Shown: in pieces, positions 39,850-50,289 of the stretch | How positions within the stretch are numbered: the stretch's first letter is position 1 | Layout: each line of letters starts with the position of its first letter | Origin: Opitutales bacterium | GTDB taxonomy: Bacteria; Verrucomicrobiota; Verrucomicrobiia; Opitutales; PNEW01 | Direction: 5' to 3' | Length of the DNA stretch: 64,000 bases | Assembly (NCBI GenBank): GCA_965197745.1 | Contig: CBDANS010000007.1 | Coordinates: 2,048,001 to 2,112,000 of the forward strand | Notes under the pieces: generated by a model | Database searches by the model: none | Seen by the model: the letters and a program-made list of their open reading frames with translations, nothing else | What the model was told of the DNA's origin: nothing | Position numbers and translations under genes: made by a program

Positions 39850-41481
39850 ATGATATACGGTAAGCAAGTAGAGCCAAAGCTATTTAATGATGAACAAATG
39901 CGTCAGTTTGTTGTTGATGGGTACGTCGTCTTTCAACCCGACGTACCAGAGGAGGTGCACAAGACAGTCAGAGAAAAGCTTCAATATATGGTGGATGAAG
40001 AATATAATTATGGCAACAACGTGCTGCCTCGTGTCCCAGAGATGGATCGTATTTTAAACAGCCCGGAAGTGAGAGGGGCATTAACCAGCGTACTCGGCCC
40101 GGGGTATATTGAACACCCTCACCGTTTTTGTCATTATATCGGACCCGACTCAAAGCAGAAGAATTCGATGGATGAAGGGTTTCACCAGGATGGTTATTCC
40201 CTCTTAGGTCGACCCCGACAACACTATCCTCGCTTTGCGCGCATTATGTATTATCCGCAGGATTCACCTATTGAAATAGGACCCACCCATGCGATTCCGG
40301 GCACACAGTATCAAAAATGGTTAACCGCCGGAGATCCAAAAAAAGCCATTCCGATCGCGGGAAAAGCGGGCATGGTATCGATTACACATTTTGATATCGG
40401 ACACGCCGCGGGCATAAATACAATTAAGAAACCGCGACACATGATAAAATTTATCTACTTGCGGGCCGAAGAACCGACGAAACCCTCATGGAATTGCCAG
40501 AATAGAATGTGGAGAAATCCGGTAAATTTTGAAGCCCCTCACAACTTAAACCTGGTGTGGTCGCATATTTGGGATTGGCTGTGCGGTAAAAAGGATAGGT
40601 ACGAAAGTTTTCGCGCAACCAAAGCGGATTCAACCGGTGAAGCTCTAGATGCTCTGAATGACGCCGATCTGGATACCCGCATTTCGGCCATGCATTCGAT
40701 TGCTGCACGGGGTGATATCAAAGCGATCCCATCACTCATTAATCGGTTAGATTCCGACCCACAATGGGAACGATTAATGGCTATCTACACCCTGGGTGCG
40801 CTTGGTCAGCCGGCAGTGGATCCTCTCGTAACCGTGCTTAAGGATTCAGCCAAAGATAAGGATGAAGATCCTTCGACTAATATCCTGGATCTTGCGACTA
40901 ATTTAATAGATCTGGAATGTTCACTTTCGATGAGCGATGCTTCTCATGCACTGGCTGCCATCGGAGTACCTTCATTGAATTCTCTGATAGGTCTGTTGAA
41001 TCATTCAAGCGAATGGATACGCATCAATGCCGCTTTTGCTCTTGGTGAGATGGATTCTGAGGCGGCTAAAGCCGTGCCTCCTCTGACGCACTGTTTGGAT
41101 GATTCCTCTCATAGCGTGGTGAGGACAGCAACAGACGCATTGAGTAATATACAGCAAAAGAGCGAAGAATTTATGCCCTCGCTTAGACGATTGCTCAAAG
41201 ACGGTCGGCCTGAATGGAAAAATCCTGTTCGTTTCAATTACTGGACACCTTACGACCAAGTCAGGATCAATGCGGTCCTGACATTCACACGTTTGGGAAA
41301 AAATGCGAGATCCGCAGAGCAATTACTGCTCGATAAATTAGCCGATCCCAATGGCCATGTGACCGCCTTTGCAGCAGAAGCTTTGCGACGTATTGGTACC
41401 CCTTTAGCCATTGAGGGTGTGTTGGAATATTTGATGACAAGGCGGTGGGATGATAGTCTTAATAAAGATCGAACATTTTAA
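39850..41481 (+). CDS. PhyH dioxygenase-HEAT repeat fusion, paralog 3
   Basis: Collinear with paralogs 1 and 2, with small insertions. Confidence 0.85.
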   Translation: MIYGKQVEPKLFNDEQMRQFVVDGYVVFQPDVPEEVHKTVREKLQYMVDEEYNYGNNVLPRVPEMDRILNSPEVRGALTSVLGPGYIEHPHRFCHYIGPDSKQKNSMDEGFHQDGYSLLGRPRQHYPRFARIMYYPQDSPIEIGPTHAIPGTQYQKWLTAGDPKKAIPIAGKAGMVSITHFDIGHAAGINTIKKPRHMIKFIYLRAEEPTKPSWNCQNRMWRNPVNFEAPHNLNLVWSHIWDWLCGKKDRYESFRATKADSTGEALDALNDADLDTRISAMHSIAARGDIKAIPSLINRLDSDPQWERLMAIYTLGALGQPAVDPLVTVLKDSAKDKDEDPSTNILDLATNLIDLECSLSMSDASHALAAIGVPSLNSLIGLLNHSSEWIRINAAFALGEMDSEAAKAVPPLTHCLDDSSHSVVRTATDALSNIQQKSEEFMPSLRRLLKDGRPEWKNPVRFNYWTPYDQVRINAVLTFTRLGKNARSAEQLLLDKLADPNGHVTAFAAEALRRIGTPLAIEGVLEYLMTRRWDDSLNKDRTF

Positions 41482-41522
41482 TTCAGTATTGAAATTACGA
41501 GGAGATCCCGGAGAATTATCTA

Positions 41523-42998
41523 ATGCCTGAAAAAACCCGCGTAGCGGTGATTGGCGCAGGGCTTGGCGGTCTATGCGCCGGGATTAAACTCAAGGAAGCA
41601 GGCATTGACGAATTCCTGATCTTCGATCGCCATCCAAAGGTTGGTGGAGTCTGGTACGAAAATAAATATCCAGGCTGCTGCTGTGATACCCAAGTCGCGG
41701 AATATGAATTTTCTTTCGCGCCCAATCCCAATTGGAGTCATCTCTACCCCCGTGCCGCTGAGATCCAGGCTTATGCTGAGGCTATCGCTGAAAATTTCCA
41801 GCTTTCGAGTCATCTATGCCTGTCTGAAGGTGTAGCAAGTGTAAACTGGGAGGAAACGGGTTGCTTGTGGCGTGTCACATGCGAATCGGGTAGAAAAATT
41901 GAAGCAGATGCCATTATCACCGCGCTCGGCCAATTGAACCGCCCTGCCCTGCCTGAGATCGAAGGGAGGGAAAGCTTTGCCGGAGCCACCATGCACTCTG
42001 CCCGTTGGGATGACTCCGTCTCCCTAAAAGGAAAACGCGTCGGGGTTATTGGCTCCGCAGCGAGCGCAGTACAGATTGTTCCCGAAGTCGCGAAGGAAGC
42101 CTCTTTGCTTACCGTCTTCCAGCGTTCGCCCAACTGGATTATCCCGAAAGTCGATCGGGAAATCACGAACGAGGAAAAAACGCTTATGATAACTAAGCCG
42201 GACCGCGCTTCAAACCTCGGGCAGCACAACCGGCAAATGATCTTCGACCGAAGCGAGTATTTTTTCTGGCAGGCCTTTGAATGGAATGAGGTCGGTCGCG
42301 CCGCTTTTACCCGCATTGCTCTCAATCATATGGAAGCCCAGGTATCCGATTCGGAATTACGCGAAAAACTCAAGCCCGATTACCCAATCGGCTGTAAACG
42401 CGTTCTCCCAACCGACGCCTACTATCCGGCATTGATGCGTGATAATGTTTCACTGGTCAACGACGGGATCTCTCGGATCAACGAACAGGGAATTGAAACC
42501 AACGATGGAACCAGTCACGAATTCGATGTGTTGATATACGCCACCGGTCTTGAAACAACCGGCTGGAATTGGTCGATGGATGTCACCGGCCTCCAAGGTC
42601 AGAACCTCCATGAGCTCTGGGCCAAAGGACCCGAGGCTTATCTTGGTATCACCGTCGCCGGTTTTCCGAACCTCTTTATGCTTTATGGACCGAATACAAA
42701 CCTCGGTCATGGTACCATCACGAGGATGCTGCAACACCAGGTTGATTATGCAGTGAAAGCACTCCTCGCTCTTAACGAACAGGGCGCAAAAGCATTGGTT
42801 CCCACCACTCAAGCGCAAACCCGTTTCAATGACCAGCTCCAGAAGGAGCTCTCTAAGCGGGTATGGGCCGATCCGAATTGCACCTCCTGGTATAAAAACA
42901 GCGCTGGTCACATTACCCAAAACTGGTCAAACCCTATCCGGGCTTACGGTGAAGCGACCTCAACCATTAAACTGGATGACTACGAATTGATTCCCTGA
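41523..42998 (+). CDS. Baeyer-Villiger (type I) flavin monooxygenase
   Basis: GAGLGG, GGVWYENKYPG, FAGATMHSARW fingerprint, GSAASA and ATG motifs. Confidence 0.93.
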   Translation: MPEKTRVAVIGAGLGGLCAGIKLKEAGIDEFLIFDRHPKVGGVWYENKYPGCCCDTQVAEYEFSFAPNPNWSHLYPRAAEIQAYAEAIAENFQLSSHLCLSEGVASVNWEETGCLWRVTCESGRKIEADAIITALGQLNRPALPEIEGRESFAGATMHSARWDDSVSLKGKRVGVIGSAASAVQIVPEVAKEASLLTVFQRSPNWIIPKVDREITNEEKTLMITKPDRASNLGQHNRQMIFDRSEYFFWQAFEWNEVGRAAFTRIALNHMEAQVSDSELREKLKPDYPIGCKRVLPTDAYYPALMRDNVSLVNDGISRINEQGIETNDGTSHEFDVLIYATGLETTGWNWSMDVTGLQGQNLHELWAKGPEAYLGITVAGFPNLFMLYGPNTNLGHGTITRMLQHQVDYAVKALLALNEQGAKALVPTTQAQTRFNDQLQKELSKRVWADPNCTSWYKNSAGHITQNWSNPIRAYGEATSTIKLDDYELIP

Positions 42999-43079
42999 GT
43001 CACGTATCTCTATTGCATCAGCATACCTGAGTAACGAAATAAATTTGACTCCCCTATGCGCAATTAATAAATTAATCTT

Positions 43080-44126
43080 ATGGCTAAGACCGCACGCGCT
43101 ACTGTCATGGTGGGCAAGAATTTTGAATTGCGCGAGTACCCTATTCCCAAGACTGAACCGGGCACGGTTCTATTGAGGCAGGAACTTTGCGGTATCTGCG
43201 GCACCGATCTCCACAACTGGGAATACCAGCGTATGGATTTCGATCTCATTCTCGGTCATGAAAATGTCGGGGTCATTGACACCCTGGGTTCGGGTGTCGA
43301 AACTGACTATGTGGGAAAGCCGATCAATGAGGGCGACCGCGTAGCGCTTTCCCCAAAATCGGGTTACGGTTTCTCTCCCTCGGAAGAACAACCCTACCTG
43401 CGGGGTGGTTTCAGTGAATACATCTACCTCTGGAACCCGGATACAATGTTCCTTAAGACCGACCTCGCTCCTGAGATTGCGGTCCTCACAGAACCTGCCG
43501 CCTGTGCGGCCCATTGTGTTTCGCGTGGAAAAATCCAGTTCGGTGACACCATAGTTATTCAAGGCTCAGGTCCTATCGGATTGCTCGCACTTATCTGGGC
43601 GAAGTTCTCAGGCGCAGCGCGGCTTATTGTTGTGGGCGGTCCTGCAGGAAGACTGGAAATGGCAGAAAAAATGGGCGCGGATATCACCATTGACATTGCG
43701 GAAATTCCGGATGCTGAAGAGAGAATAAAAATTATTCGCGATCATACCCCCCAGGGCAAAGGCGCTGACGTTGTCTTCGAATGCTGCGGATTTCTCAGCG
43801 CTATCCCCGAAGGCCTGGAATATATCCGTTATGGCGGCACTTATGTGGAATTTGGACACTTCGTGGATGTGGGTACTTTCGAGTGCAATCCTAACCAGAT
43901 GCTTATGCGCAAGAATCTTCGTCTCGAAGCAGCGTGGGGGTTTGAAAATGAGCACTTCCTTCGCACTTTGCCCATGCTGGAAAAGTACGCCTCACTCTTT
44001 GAAGGATTTGTCAGTCATATCATTCCCTTGGAGCAAGTCTCTGAGGGGATTGATGCTTTGCACCGCAGCTATCACCTCGATGGTAAAGACGCTATAAAGA
44101 TAGCAGTCAAAGGCGGTTTGGCTTAA
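43080..44126 (+). CDS. Zinc-dependent medium-chain alcohol dehydrogenase
   Basis: ICGTDLH, GHE and GSGPIG motifs; lacks the structural four-Cys loop. Confidence 0.9.
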   Translation: MAKTARATVMVGKNFELREYPIPKTEPGTVLLRQELCGICGTDLHNWEYQRMDFDLILGHENVGVIDTLGSGVETDYVGKPINEGDRVALSPKSGYGFSPSEEQPYLRGGFSEYIYLWNPDTMFLKTDLAPEIAVLTEPAACAAHCVSRGKIQFGDTIVIQGSGPIGLLALIWAKFSGAARLIVVGGPAGRLEMAEKMGADITIDIAEIPDAEERIKIIRDHTPQGKGADVVFECCGFLSAIPEGLEYIRYGGTYVEFGHFVDVGTFECNPNQMLMRKNLRLEAAWGFENEHFLRTLPMLEKYASLFEGFVSHIIPLEQVSEGIDALHRSYHLDGKDAIKIAVKGGLA

Positions 44127-44161
44127 CCCGGGGAGCCGGTTTTTATCTTGTAGCTGTTAGC

Positions 44162-44188
44162 TTTTCCCCCTTATGCGATGGGGGGAAA
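44162..44188. terminator. Hairpin between convergent genes
   Basis: TTTCCCCC-TTATGCGAT-GGGGGGAAA. Confidence 0.45.
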
Positions 44189-44232
44189 TCCGAATGGACC
44201 CTACCCCCTATAGATCGATATATAACAGAACC

Positions 44233-45966
44233 TCAATAGTAATCAAATTCCTTTATCCACGGTTCCAGTTTAGGTAATACCTCACGCATCTCTTCCTCAT
44301 ATCGTTTCCATCTTCCTATGGCCTGTTTATATAATGGTTTAATAACTTGATTATAACTGGGCGTATTAATTTTCGTTCTATTTAATGCGGTCTGATTGAA
44401 GTCAAGCATGGCCTTATTCCATTCAAGACCAAGAAAGCTCAGTAGTGGTTTAATGCTCACTTCTAAAGCTTCTACCACCCTTTCATATTTTACCGTTTTG
44501 AAATGAAGGGGTAATACATTAACATACTGCTTCCATAAAGTCATAACTTCGTTGTAAAGATGTGCTGCATCAGAGAGCGTATAGAAACTTGCCATGGCAT
44601 CATTAATCGCAAATCTGTTCATGAAGCAACTTAAGACGCAATCACAGGGATGTCTTTGCGCAAAGATAAACTTGCTTTCGGGAAAGATCCTATGAAGCAA
44701 ACCAACATCGAGAATATTCAGTGGCAGTTTATCAATAATTATTTTTTCCCGATCAATATCATCTAAATGAAGATCAAGTTCCTCAAAATAAATTTTTCGC
44801 AGATTAATTAGGTCATTCTCTTTTATCCTGTTTAAAAAATCCAATTCCCGATTAGATAATTCCGGAAACAAACCTATGGTTTTGGCCACAGCGGGTTTTT
44901 CCTCGAGGACTACTATCCCGGGATGACTTCTTAATATAGTGTCTAATAGCGTTGTTCCTGTTCTTGGAAACCCAATTAAAAAAACAGGTGTGGATCTATC
45001 AACCGGGACACATATATTATTCCACTTTTTTATATTAGTGTGAGTAAAATAATTTTTATAATCACCGATTTTTTGTAATATAATTTCTTTTTTGTATCTT
45101 TGATTTATTATTTTCTTCGAGTCATACTCGTTGACGATTAAATAATACTTGAATGCTTTTTTTGTGTCATTTAATTGATCGCAGATTTTTGATAACAGTT
45201 CGTAGTATTTAAACTTTTCATTGGGTGAAATAGCTTGCACCTCTTCAATATTAATTGACTCTAATAACACCTTGGCTTCCAGGTATTTGTTATCTCTATT
45301 AAGAATGTGAGCTTCAAAGATATTTATTATTGGGTTATCAGTTAATTGCGATTTTGCATTCTTAATAGATACTTTGAGTTCTTGCATGTTATTAGTCTGT
45401 TCAAAGATCTTCATTAAATTATAATGGGATTCAACTAATTGAGGATTAATTTGCAGCGCTTTCTCATAGCAGCACACTGCTTTCTGGTAATCCTCTGACT
45501 CCTTATAAACAACCCCAAGATTATAATGAGCTTCAGCAAATTGAGGATTAATTTGCAACGCTTTCTGATAACAGGATATTGCTTTTTTATGATCCCCTAA
45601 TACCTCATATACATTACCAAGATTTATATGCGCTTCTGTATTTTGAGGATTGATTTGCAGCGCTTTTTGATAGGCTGTTACTGCTTTTTGGTAATCTTTT
45701 AATTCCTCATATAGTGTTCCAAGATTATAATATGCTTCACTAAATTGAGGGTTAATTTGCAATGCTTTTAATAACAGTTGCTTCGCTACATCATATTTTT
45801 TAAATTTTTTTGCTAATACGCCAATATTCCCTATTGATTGAAAATGGTCAGGGTTTACCTGCAATATTTTCTTATAAAGTCTCTCCGCATCTTGAAAGTT
45901 ACCCTTTTGATGATGTTGGACTGCCAATGAAAATACCTGCTTTATCGATAGTTTCTCTTCTCGCAT
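44233..45966 (-). CDS. TPR-repeat sulfotransferase family protein
   Basis: Tandem TPRs (KALQINPQ..EAHYNLG); GFPRTGTT PAPS loop; DKLPLN, RHPCD and TPSYNQV motifs. Confidence 0.92.
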   Translation of the reverse strand: MREEKLSIKQVFSLAVQHHQKGNFQDAERLYKKILQVNPDHFQSIGNIGVLAKKFKKYDVAKQLLLKALQINPQFSEAYYNLGTLYEELKDYQKAVTAYQKALQINPQNTEAHINLGNVYEVLGDHKKAISCYQKALQINPQFAEAHYNLGVVYKESEDYQKAVCCYEKALQINPQLVESHYNLMKIFEQTNNMQELKVSIKNAKSQLTDNPIINIFEAHILNRDNKYLEAKVLLESINIEEVQAISPNEKFKYYELLSKICDQLNDTKKAFKYYLIVNEYDSKKIINQRYKKEIILQKIGDYKNYFTHTNIKKWNNICVPVDRSTPVFLIGFPRTGTTLLDTILRSHPGIVVLEEKPAVAKTIGLFPELSNRELDFLNRIKENDLINLRKIYFEELDLHLDDIDREKIIIDKLPLNILDVGLLHRIFPESKFIFAQRHPCDCVLSCFMNRFAINDAMASFYTLSDAAHLYNEVMTLWKQYVNVLPLHFKTVKYERVVEALEVSIKPLLSFLGLEWNKAMLDFNQTALNRTKINTPSYNQVIKPLYKQAIGRWKRYEEEMREVLPKLEPWIKEFDYY

Positions 45967-46326
45967 TTTATCGTATCGGTATTAATTTTTTCAGCAAGCT
46001 GGACGGGTGAAGTAAATCAGGTCAAGGGAAGACAATCCCAAAGCTTGTTGAATAATCTCTATTTTAAAAGCATTTATGACTCACTGATAGAAAATTACTA
46101 ATTTAAATATTAATTTATTTATAAAAATAGAGCAAGGATGCACTCCCTTCCGGCACCCTATCTGTCTGTCGAGCATCAATGGTAAGAAGATCAAATTTAG
46201 AATAAAACTGATCCCTCTATTTAATAAATTACTGACTCATGAGAAGTCCGCCTTTTCGGGCTTCCTGAGATAGCTTGATTAGGCCTTTGTCTTGACTCAC
46301 CCACTGAAATCTCAGCTTATTCACCC

Positions 46327-46593
46327 ATGGAAGATGCAAAGATGCCCATTTCATCAACCCGCTCTCAGCAGGAGACCGTTATCACCGATGAACAGGTTCA
46401 GTTCTTTCACGAGAATGGCTATCTGATACTTAAGAACGCTTTAGCATCAGCTGAACTGAAACGTCTCCAGGAGGCATCGCACAAGCTGATCACTGAAGGT
46501 GAAAATCCCGTAGATGCTCTTCAGGATTATTTGTAGAAGGAAGGAAAACGCACAGGCAAAAGCATCTTAAGAAGAATCGACTTTGTGGTTGCC
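46327..46593 (+). pseudogene. N-terminal fragment of a PhyH-family gene
   Basis: ITDEQVQFFHENGYLILKN; in-frame TAG, then KEGKRTGKSILRRIDFVV, then truncation. Confidence 0.65.
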
Positions 46594-46628
46594 ACCCTGT
46601 TTTGTTAATAGGTGATAAACGTTACGCA

Positions 46629-47207
46629 TTACTCTTCGATCCACCTCCAACTGGGCATTCTCCCGCTTCCCGCGTAGACATATTTATAAGGATAATCATT
46701 GATAAGGACATCAAGCTGATTGGTATAGTCCTCGTACCAATTCCATGTGTCTTTCAGGCCCCTCGAATCTCCTGTGCTTGCATACATATTTACTTCTTCA
46801 ATTTTTTTACCGTATCCTATTTGTGGTAGCTTATGGGACATCCAGTTCCAGGCAACGCCGCCTTTGTTCTGGTAGCTCAATTCCCAGAATTCAAGATTCC
46901 TTGTTATCACCCATACACGTAAGTCAGAAGCAACCATTGAGTAGGCGCTATTTGACCTGATTGCCTTACCACCCGGTTTTCCATGACAAATTTTATCGAA
47001 CTCCCCCTTAGGATCTGTTTTTTTAAACGCGTAGAGGTCACCCTTTTTTGAAACCCACCAACACATATCAGGGTTGCTGCGCCATGCGAGGTAGTTGTAT
47101 CTGTCTGCTTGTTCGTCAGATTCCAGTTTATGATAATAAACACTGCTATTAACGTGTTCTATCAATCCCTCGCCATCATCCTTTTCCCATTTTATTGTTA
47201 TTGGCAT
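46629..47207 (-). CDS. Hypothetical protein (Trp/Tyr-rich)
   Basis: 192-aa ORF; no family recognised. Confidence 0.6.
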   Translation of the reverse strand: MPITIKWEKDDGEGLIEHVNSSVYYHKLESDEQADRYNYLAWRSNPDMCWWVSKKGDLYAFKKTDPKGEFDKICHGKPGGKAIRSNSAYSMVASDLRVWVITRNLEFWELSYQNKGGVAWNWMSHKLPQIGYGKKIEEVNMYASTGDSRGLKDTWNWYEDYTNQLDVLINDYPYKYVYAGSGRMPSWRWIEE

Positions 47208-47308
47208 TATATTCAGCTCTCAAGTCGTTTATTAAAACGATTTTGTAAATACAAATCGTATAGCAGGCAACGTCAAACGTCACTCTATTGAGTCAAGGCA
47301 CTACGTTA

Positions 47309-48094
47309 CTACGTCGGCAAACGACAAATATTATTTTTCGTATTCAGATGAACGGGTTTTGAGTAGTGATTGACTGCGATGTTGTCAGTAAGAGAAGTGG
47401 GAACTTGAAGGATGAACTCAGCCCAATCGGGCGCGCTGAAGGCAACAAAGGCCAGGTGAAAGGTCTCAATCGGATTATCATAGTCAACTGAGAAATCGGG
47501 AAATAGGATCGGCCCGGTGTCTGACTGGAAAAAAATTTTCCGTTCATTTGCGTTCATGGTTTTAATCGGGAAATCAAGTTGGATATCAAACCTGTCCTGC
47601 TCCGTAAATTCGATCTGCCCATTCAAGAGGTCATCGGACAGTGTAGCCTTAACGACATCACCATTGTTTTCCAGTGGTTCGCCATCAACCAGGTTAAGAT
47701 GTATTTTAATGCGGTCAAAAGAGTCGACCACCTCCCCTACTTGTCGTTCCGGTTGAAACCCCAGGGAAGATGGATAGTGCATCACTCCTTTTTCATGACG
47801 ATCCCAGCTCTTTATAATTAAAAACTCCTCCTGGGACAGGATAAGGCAAAAATCGGCATTGGGTTCGGTCCAGATATTTTTGGGTGATCCCACTTGCTCC
47901 GTTTTGCATGAGGCACCCAATACATAATCAGTTTTACGCCCGGAGGAACGGTCGTGGATTTGACAACGCGACTCGAGTTGAATGCGCGCGTTATTAAGGG
48001 TAAAGGGCGGTTTATGCGAAAGTGTGGTTCTCGGTTGTTTTTCCCAGTCAATCCGAAAAGTCAGAAAAGAATGCGCAAAATTAGGTATCTTCAT
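47309..48094 (-). CDS. Hypothetical protein
   Basis: 261-aa ORF with protein-like composition; no family recognised. Confidence 0.7.
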   Translation of the reverse strand: MKIPNFAHSFLTFRIDWEKQPRTTLSHKPPFTLNNARIQLESRCQIHDRSSGRKTDYVLGASCKTEQVGSPKNIWTEPNADFCLILSQEEFLIIKSWDRHEKGVMHYPSSLGFQPERQVGEVVDSFDRIKIHLNLVDGEPLENNGDVVKATLSDDLLNGQIEFTEQDRFDIQLDFPIKTMNANERKIFFQSDTGPILFPDFSVDYDNPIETFHLAFVAFSAPDWAEFILQVPTSLTDNIAVNHYSKPVHLNTKNNICRLPT

Positions 48095-48366
48095 GCCTTT
48101 TATCTATCAACCGTAATGCAAAGAGTCAAAATGGATTACTCTCGATGTTTCTTAAATTGGGGAATGAATTTTCTGCTTCTTCTCTCGCTCAACTGACAAT
48201 CTGCATTCCGTGATCGATTCTCGTCTCGTTTCCTCACTTTTTAATTTTCCACGCTTTACAAGTAATCGCCAGTTACTCCACAATCACAATTTATTCAATA
48301 ATTACATCAATCCCACGAGTCGATTGATCTCATCTGCTTCCTTTTAACAAACTCAATTAAGTAAAC

Positions 48367-49101
48367 ATGGCTGATAAAAGTCTTAAACAAAGAATTACCG
48401 ATCTGGAAACCATTATTGGCATTACCGTTCCTCCTGATGTAGAACGCGAGCAACTTGAAAGCATTCTGGAGAAGGGCCCCTTCGACTTCATCTCCGTTGA
48501 CAGCCAGCATAGTCCATTGAGTGAAACCGGACTTGTTGCCTTGTGCGCAATCGCCAATGATTTGGGTGTTCCCGTTCAATTCCGAATTAAACATACGCGT
48601 CACGCCTACTTGATTGGCAATTTTCTTGATCTAGGACCAGCGGGCATTGAAGTGCCCCAGGTAGAAACAGAGGCCACAGTGGAAGAAGCAGTCGCGAGTT
48701 TTTATTATCTACCGATGGGAATACGCAGCGTGGGGGGAACCGCGCGTTTAAAAATAAACGATTACCCGGATTCATTCGATTACGCCGAGTGGTGGAACAA
48801 CCATGGTGTGCTCTGGATGCAAGTGGAATCAGTTGAAGCCGTAGAGCAAGTTTATGCTCTTGCCAAACCAGGCATTGATTGTATCTCGTTTGGTCCCACC
48901 GATCTTACTTTCAGCTTGAAGCAAAGCAACCACCCCCGCCTCAATACCGTGGACGATTGTGTGCGCCATGTCGTAGCGACCTTGCGCGGGACTCATACTG
49001 CTGTTTGTTACCGATCTCTTTCTTCCAGTAATCGACAAAAATATCTGGATATGGGAGTGACCGTAATCCTCGAGAGTCATAATTATTTGAATTCTAAGTA
49101 G
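48367..49101 (+). CDS. HpcH/HpaI aldolase family protein
   Basis: VDSQHSP, LDLGPAGIEVPQVE, MQVES and FGPTDL motifs. Confidence 0.85.
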   Translation: MADKSLKQRITDLETIIGITVPPDVEREQLESILEKGPFDFISVDSQHSPLSETGLVALCAIANDLGVPVQFRIKHTRHAYLIGNFLDLGPAGIEVPQVETEATVEEAVASFYYLPMGIRSVGGTARLKINDYPDSFDYAEWWNNHGVLWMQVESVEAVEQVYALAKPGIDCISFGPTDLTFSLKQSNHPRLNTVDDCVRHVVATLRGTHTAVCYRSLSSSNRQKYLDMGVTVILESHNYLNSK

Positions 49102-49468
49102 CGACTGACTTTTAACTCAGTTGCTCAGATCATACAGCCAGAACCGAGTGTGGCCTCTGTCATGGTCTCAACCTATCCTGACCCTGAATTATTATTGTGC
49201 GATTGCCATAGATGACCGCATCGACTGCGACAATCTTCTATTTATAGGAGATAATATTGGCATTTTTTTCTCCATATCTTAGCTTGATTCATATATTGCT
49301 GGTCTGTAACAGGTTGAGCTATTAGGTTCTTATTTATGGGTTTTAAAAAAATGTAAAATAAGTATTGTATTCAGACAATAATGGGGTAATATACCCATAC
49401 TATGTAGGATATTAATCTATTTTATAAGAAGTAAAACCATTAATAATATTCATTATTTGCACTTTTTC

Positions 49469-49927
49469 ATGAAGCATCATCGAAAGATATCGGCATTTAC
49501 TTTGATCGAAATTTTGATAGTTATCGCGATCCTCGGGTTATTAATTTCGCTTTCGATACCCGCATTCAAACGGGTAAATATGTCCTCTGAAAACTCTCGT
49601 ATCGTTAACGATTATACGATCTATGCCGAAGCCTTCAAACGCTACGCTAAAGAAAACGGGAGCTATCCGCCCGATGGCGGTTTCATACCAATTCCCACCG
49701 GAATGGAAACCTATTTACCTTCCGATTGGACGCAATCACCGGTAGGTGGACAATGGTTATGGGATCATAATCAATGGGGTATTAAAGCGGGCGTTGCTCT
49801 TCGACTGCCAAATGTCGGAATTAAACAAATGAAAATGGTTGATTCACTTATTGACGATGGCGATCTTAGCCATGGAAACTTTCGGCGAATAATCTGGGAT
49901 CGCTATACGCTAGTTATAGAAGAATAA
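49469..49927 (+). CDS. Type IV pilin/type II secretion pseudopilin-like protein
   Basis: Class III signal KISA|FTLIEILIVIAILGLL; IDDGDL..G.F tail. Confidence 0.88.
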   Translation: MKHHRKISAFTLIEILIVIAILGLLISLSIPAFKRVNMSSENSRIVNDYTIYAEAFKRYAKENGSYPPDGGFIPIPTGMETYLPSDWTQSPVGGQWLWDHNQWGIKAGVALRLPNVGIKQMKMVDSLIDDGDLSHGNFRRIIWDRYTLVIEE

Positions 49928-50289
49928 GGTTTAATCTTCGCGGTGATTGCATCGCAGTATTTATTAATTCTCCCCTATTTACACTCTCTCCTGGATCTGC
50001 TTCCCATGAGAACTTTCCCCGAGCGGGAAAATAAAGACCGGGCAACAATCTATATTAAAAGTAATTAATCTTTCCAATAGCGTTGCATTTCGAGGAAGGT
50101 AAATGAGGCTGACCAGGTTAGCCCACGCAGCACTTCGTAGTGAATGAGTATACAAAACACAACGATGACCCTCGCGTTACTTACAAAAACCCTTGCCCAA
50201 ACGCATATTACTTGTTGAGTTGGTGCCTTGAGTCTAAATGAAGCAGGCGCCAACAGTCACAATCTTATACCACTAATATTTATTTAACG

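Noticed and set aside
46534..46536. Stop-codon readthrough or recoding at an in-frame TAG
   Set aside because: The gene is truncated shortly afterwards and TAG terminates many intact genes here, so it is a pseudogene.
49469..49927. Type IV pilus or T2SS operon
   Set aside because: Only a lone pilin-like gene is present; such orphans are common in this lineage.
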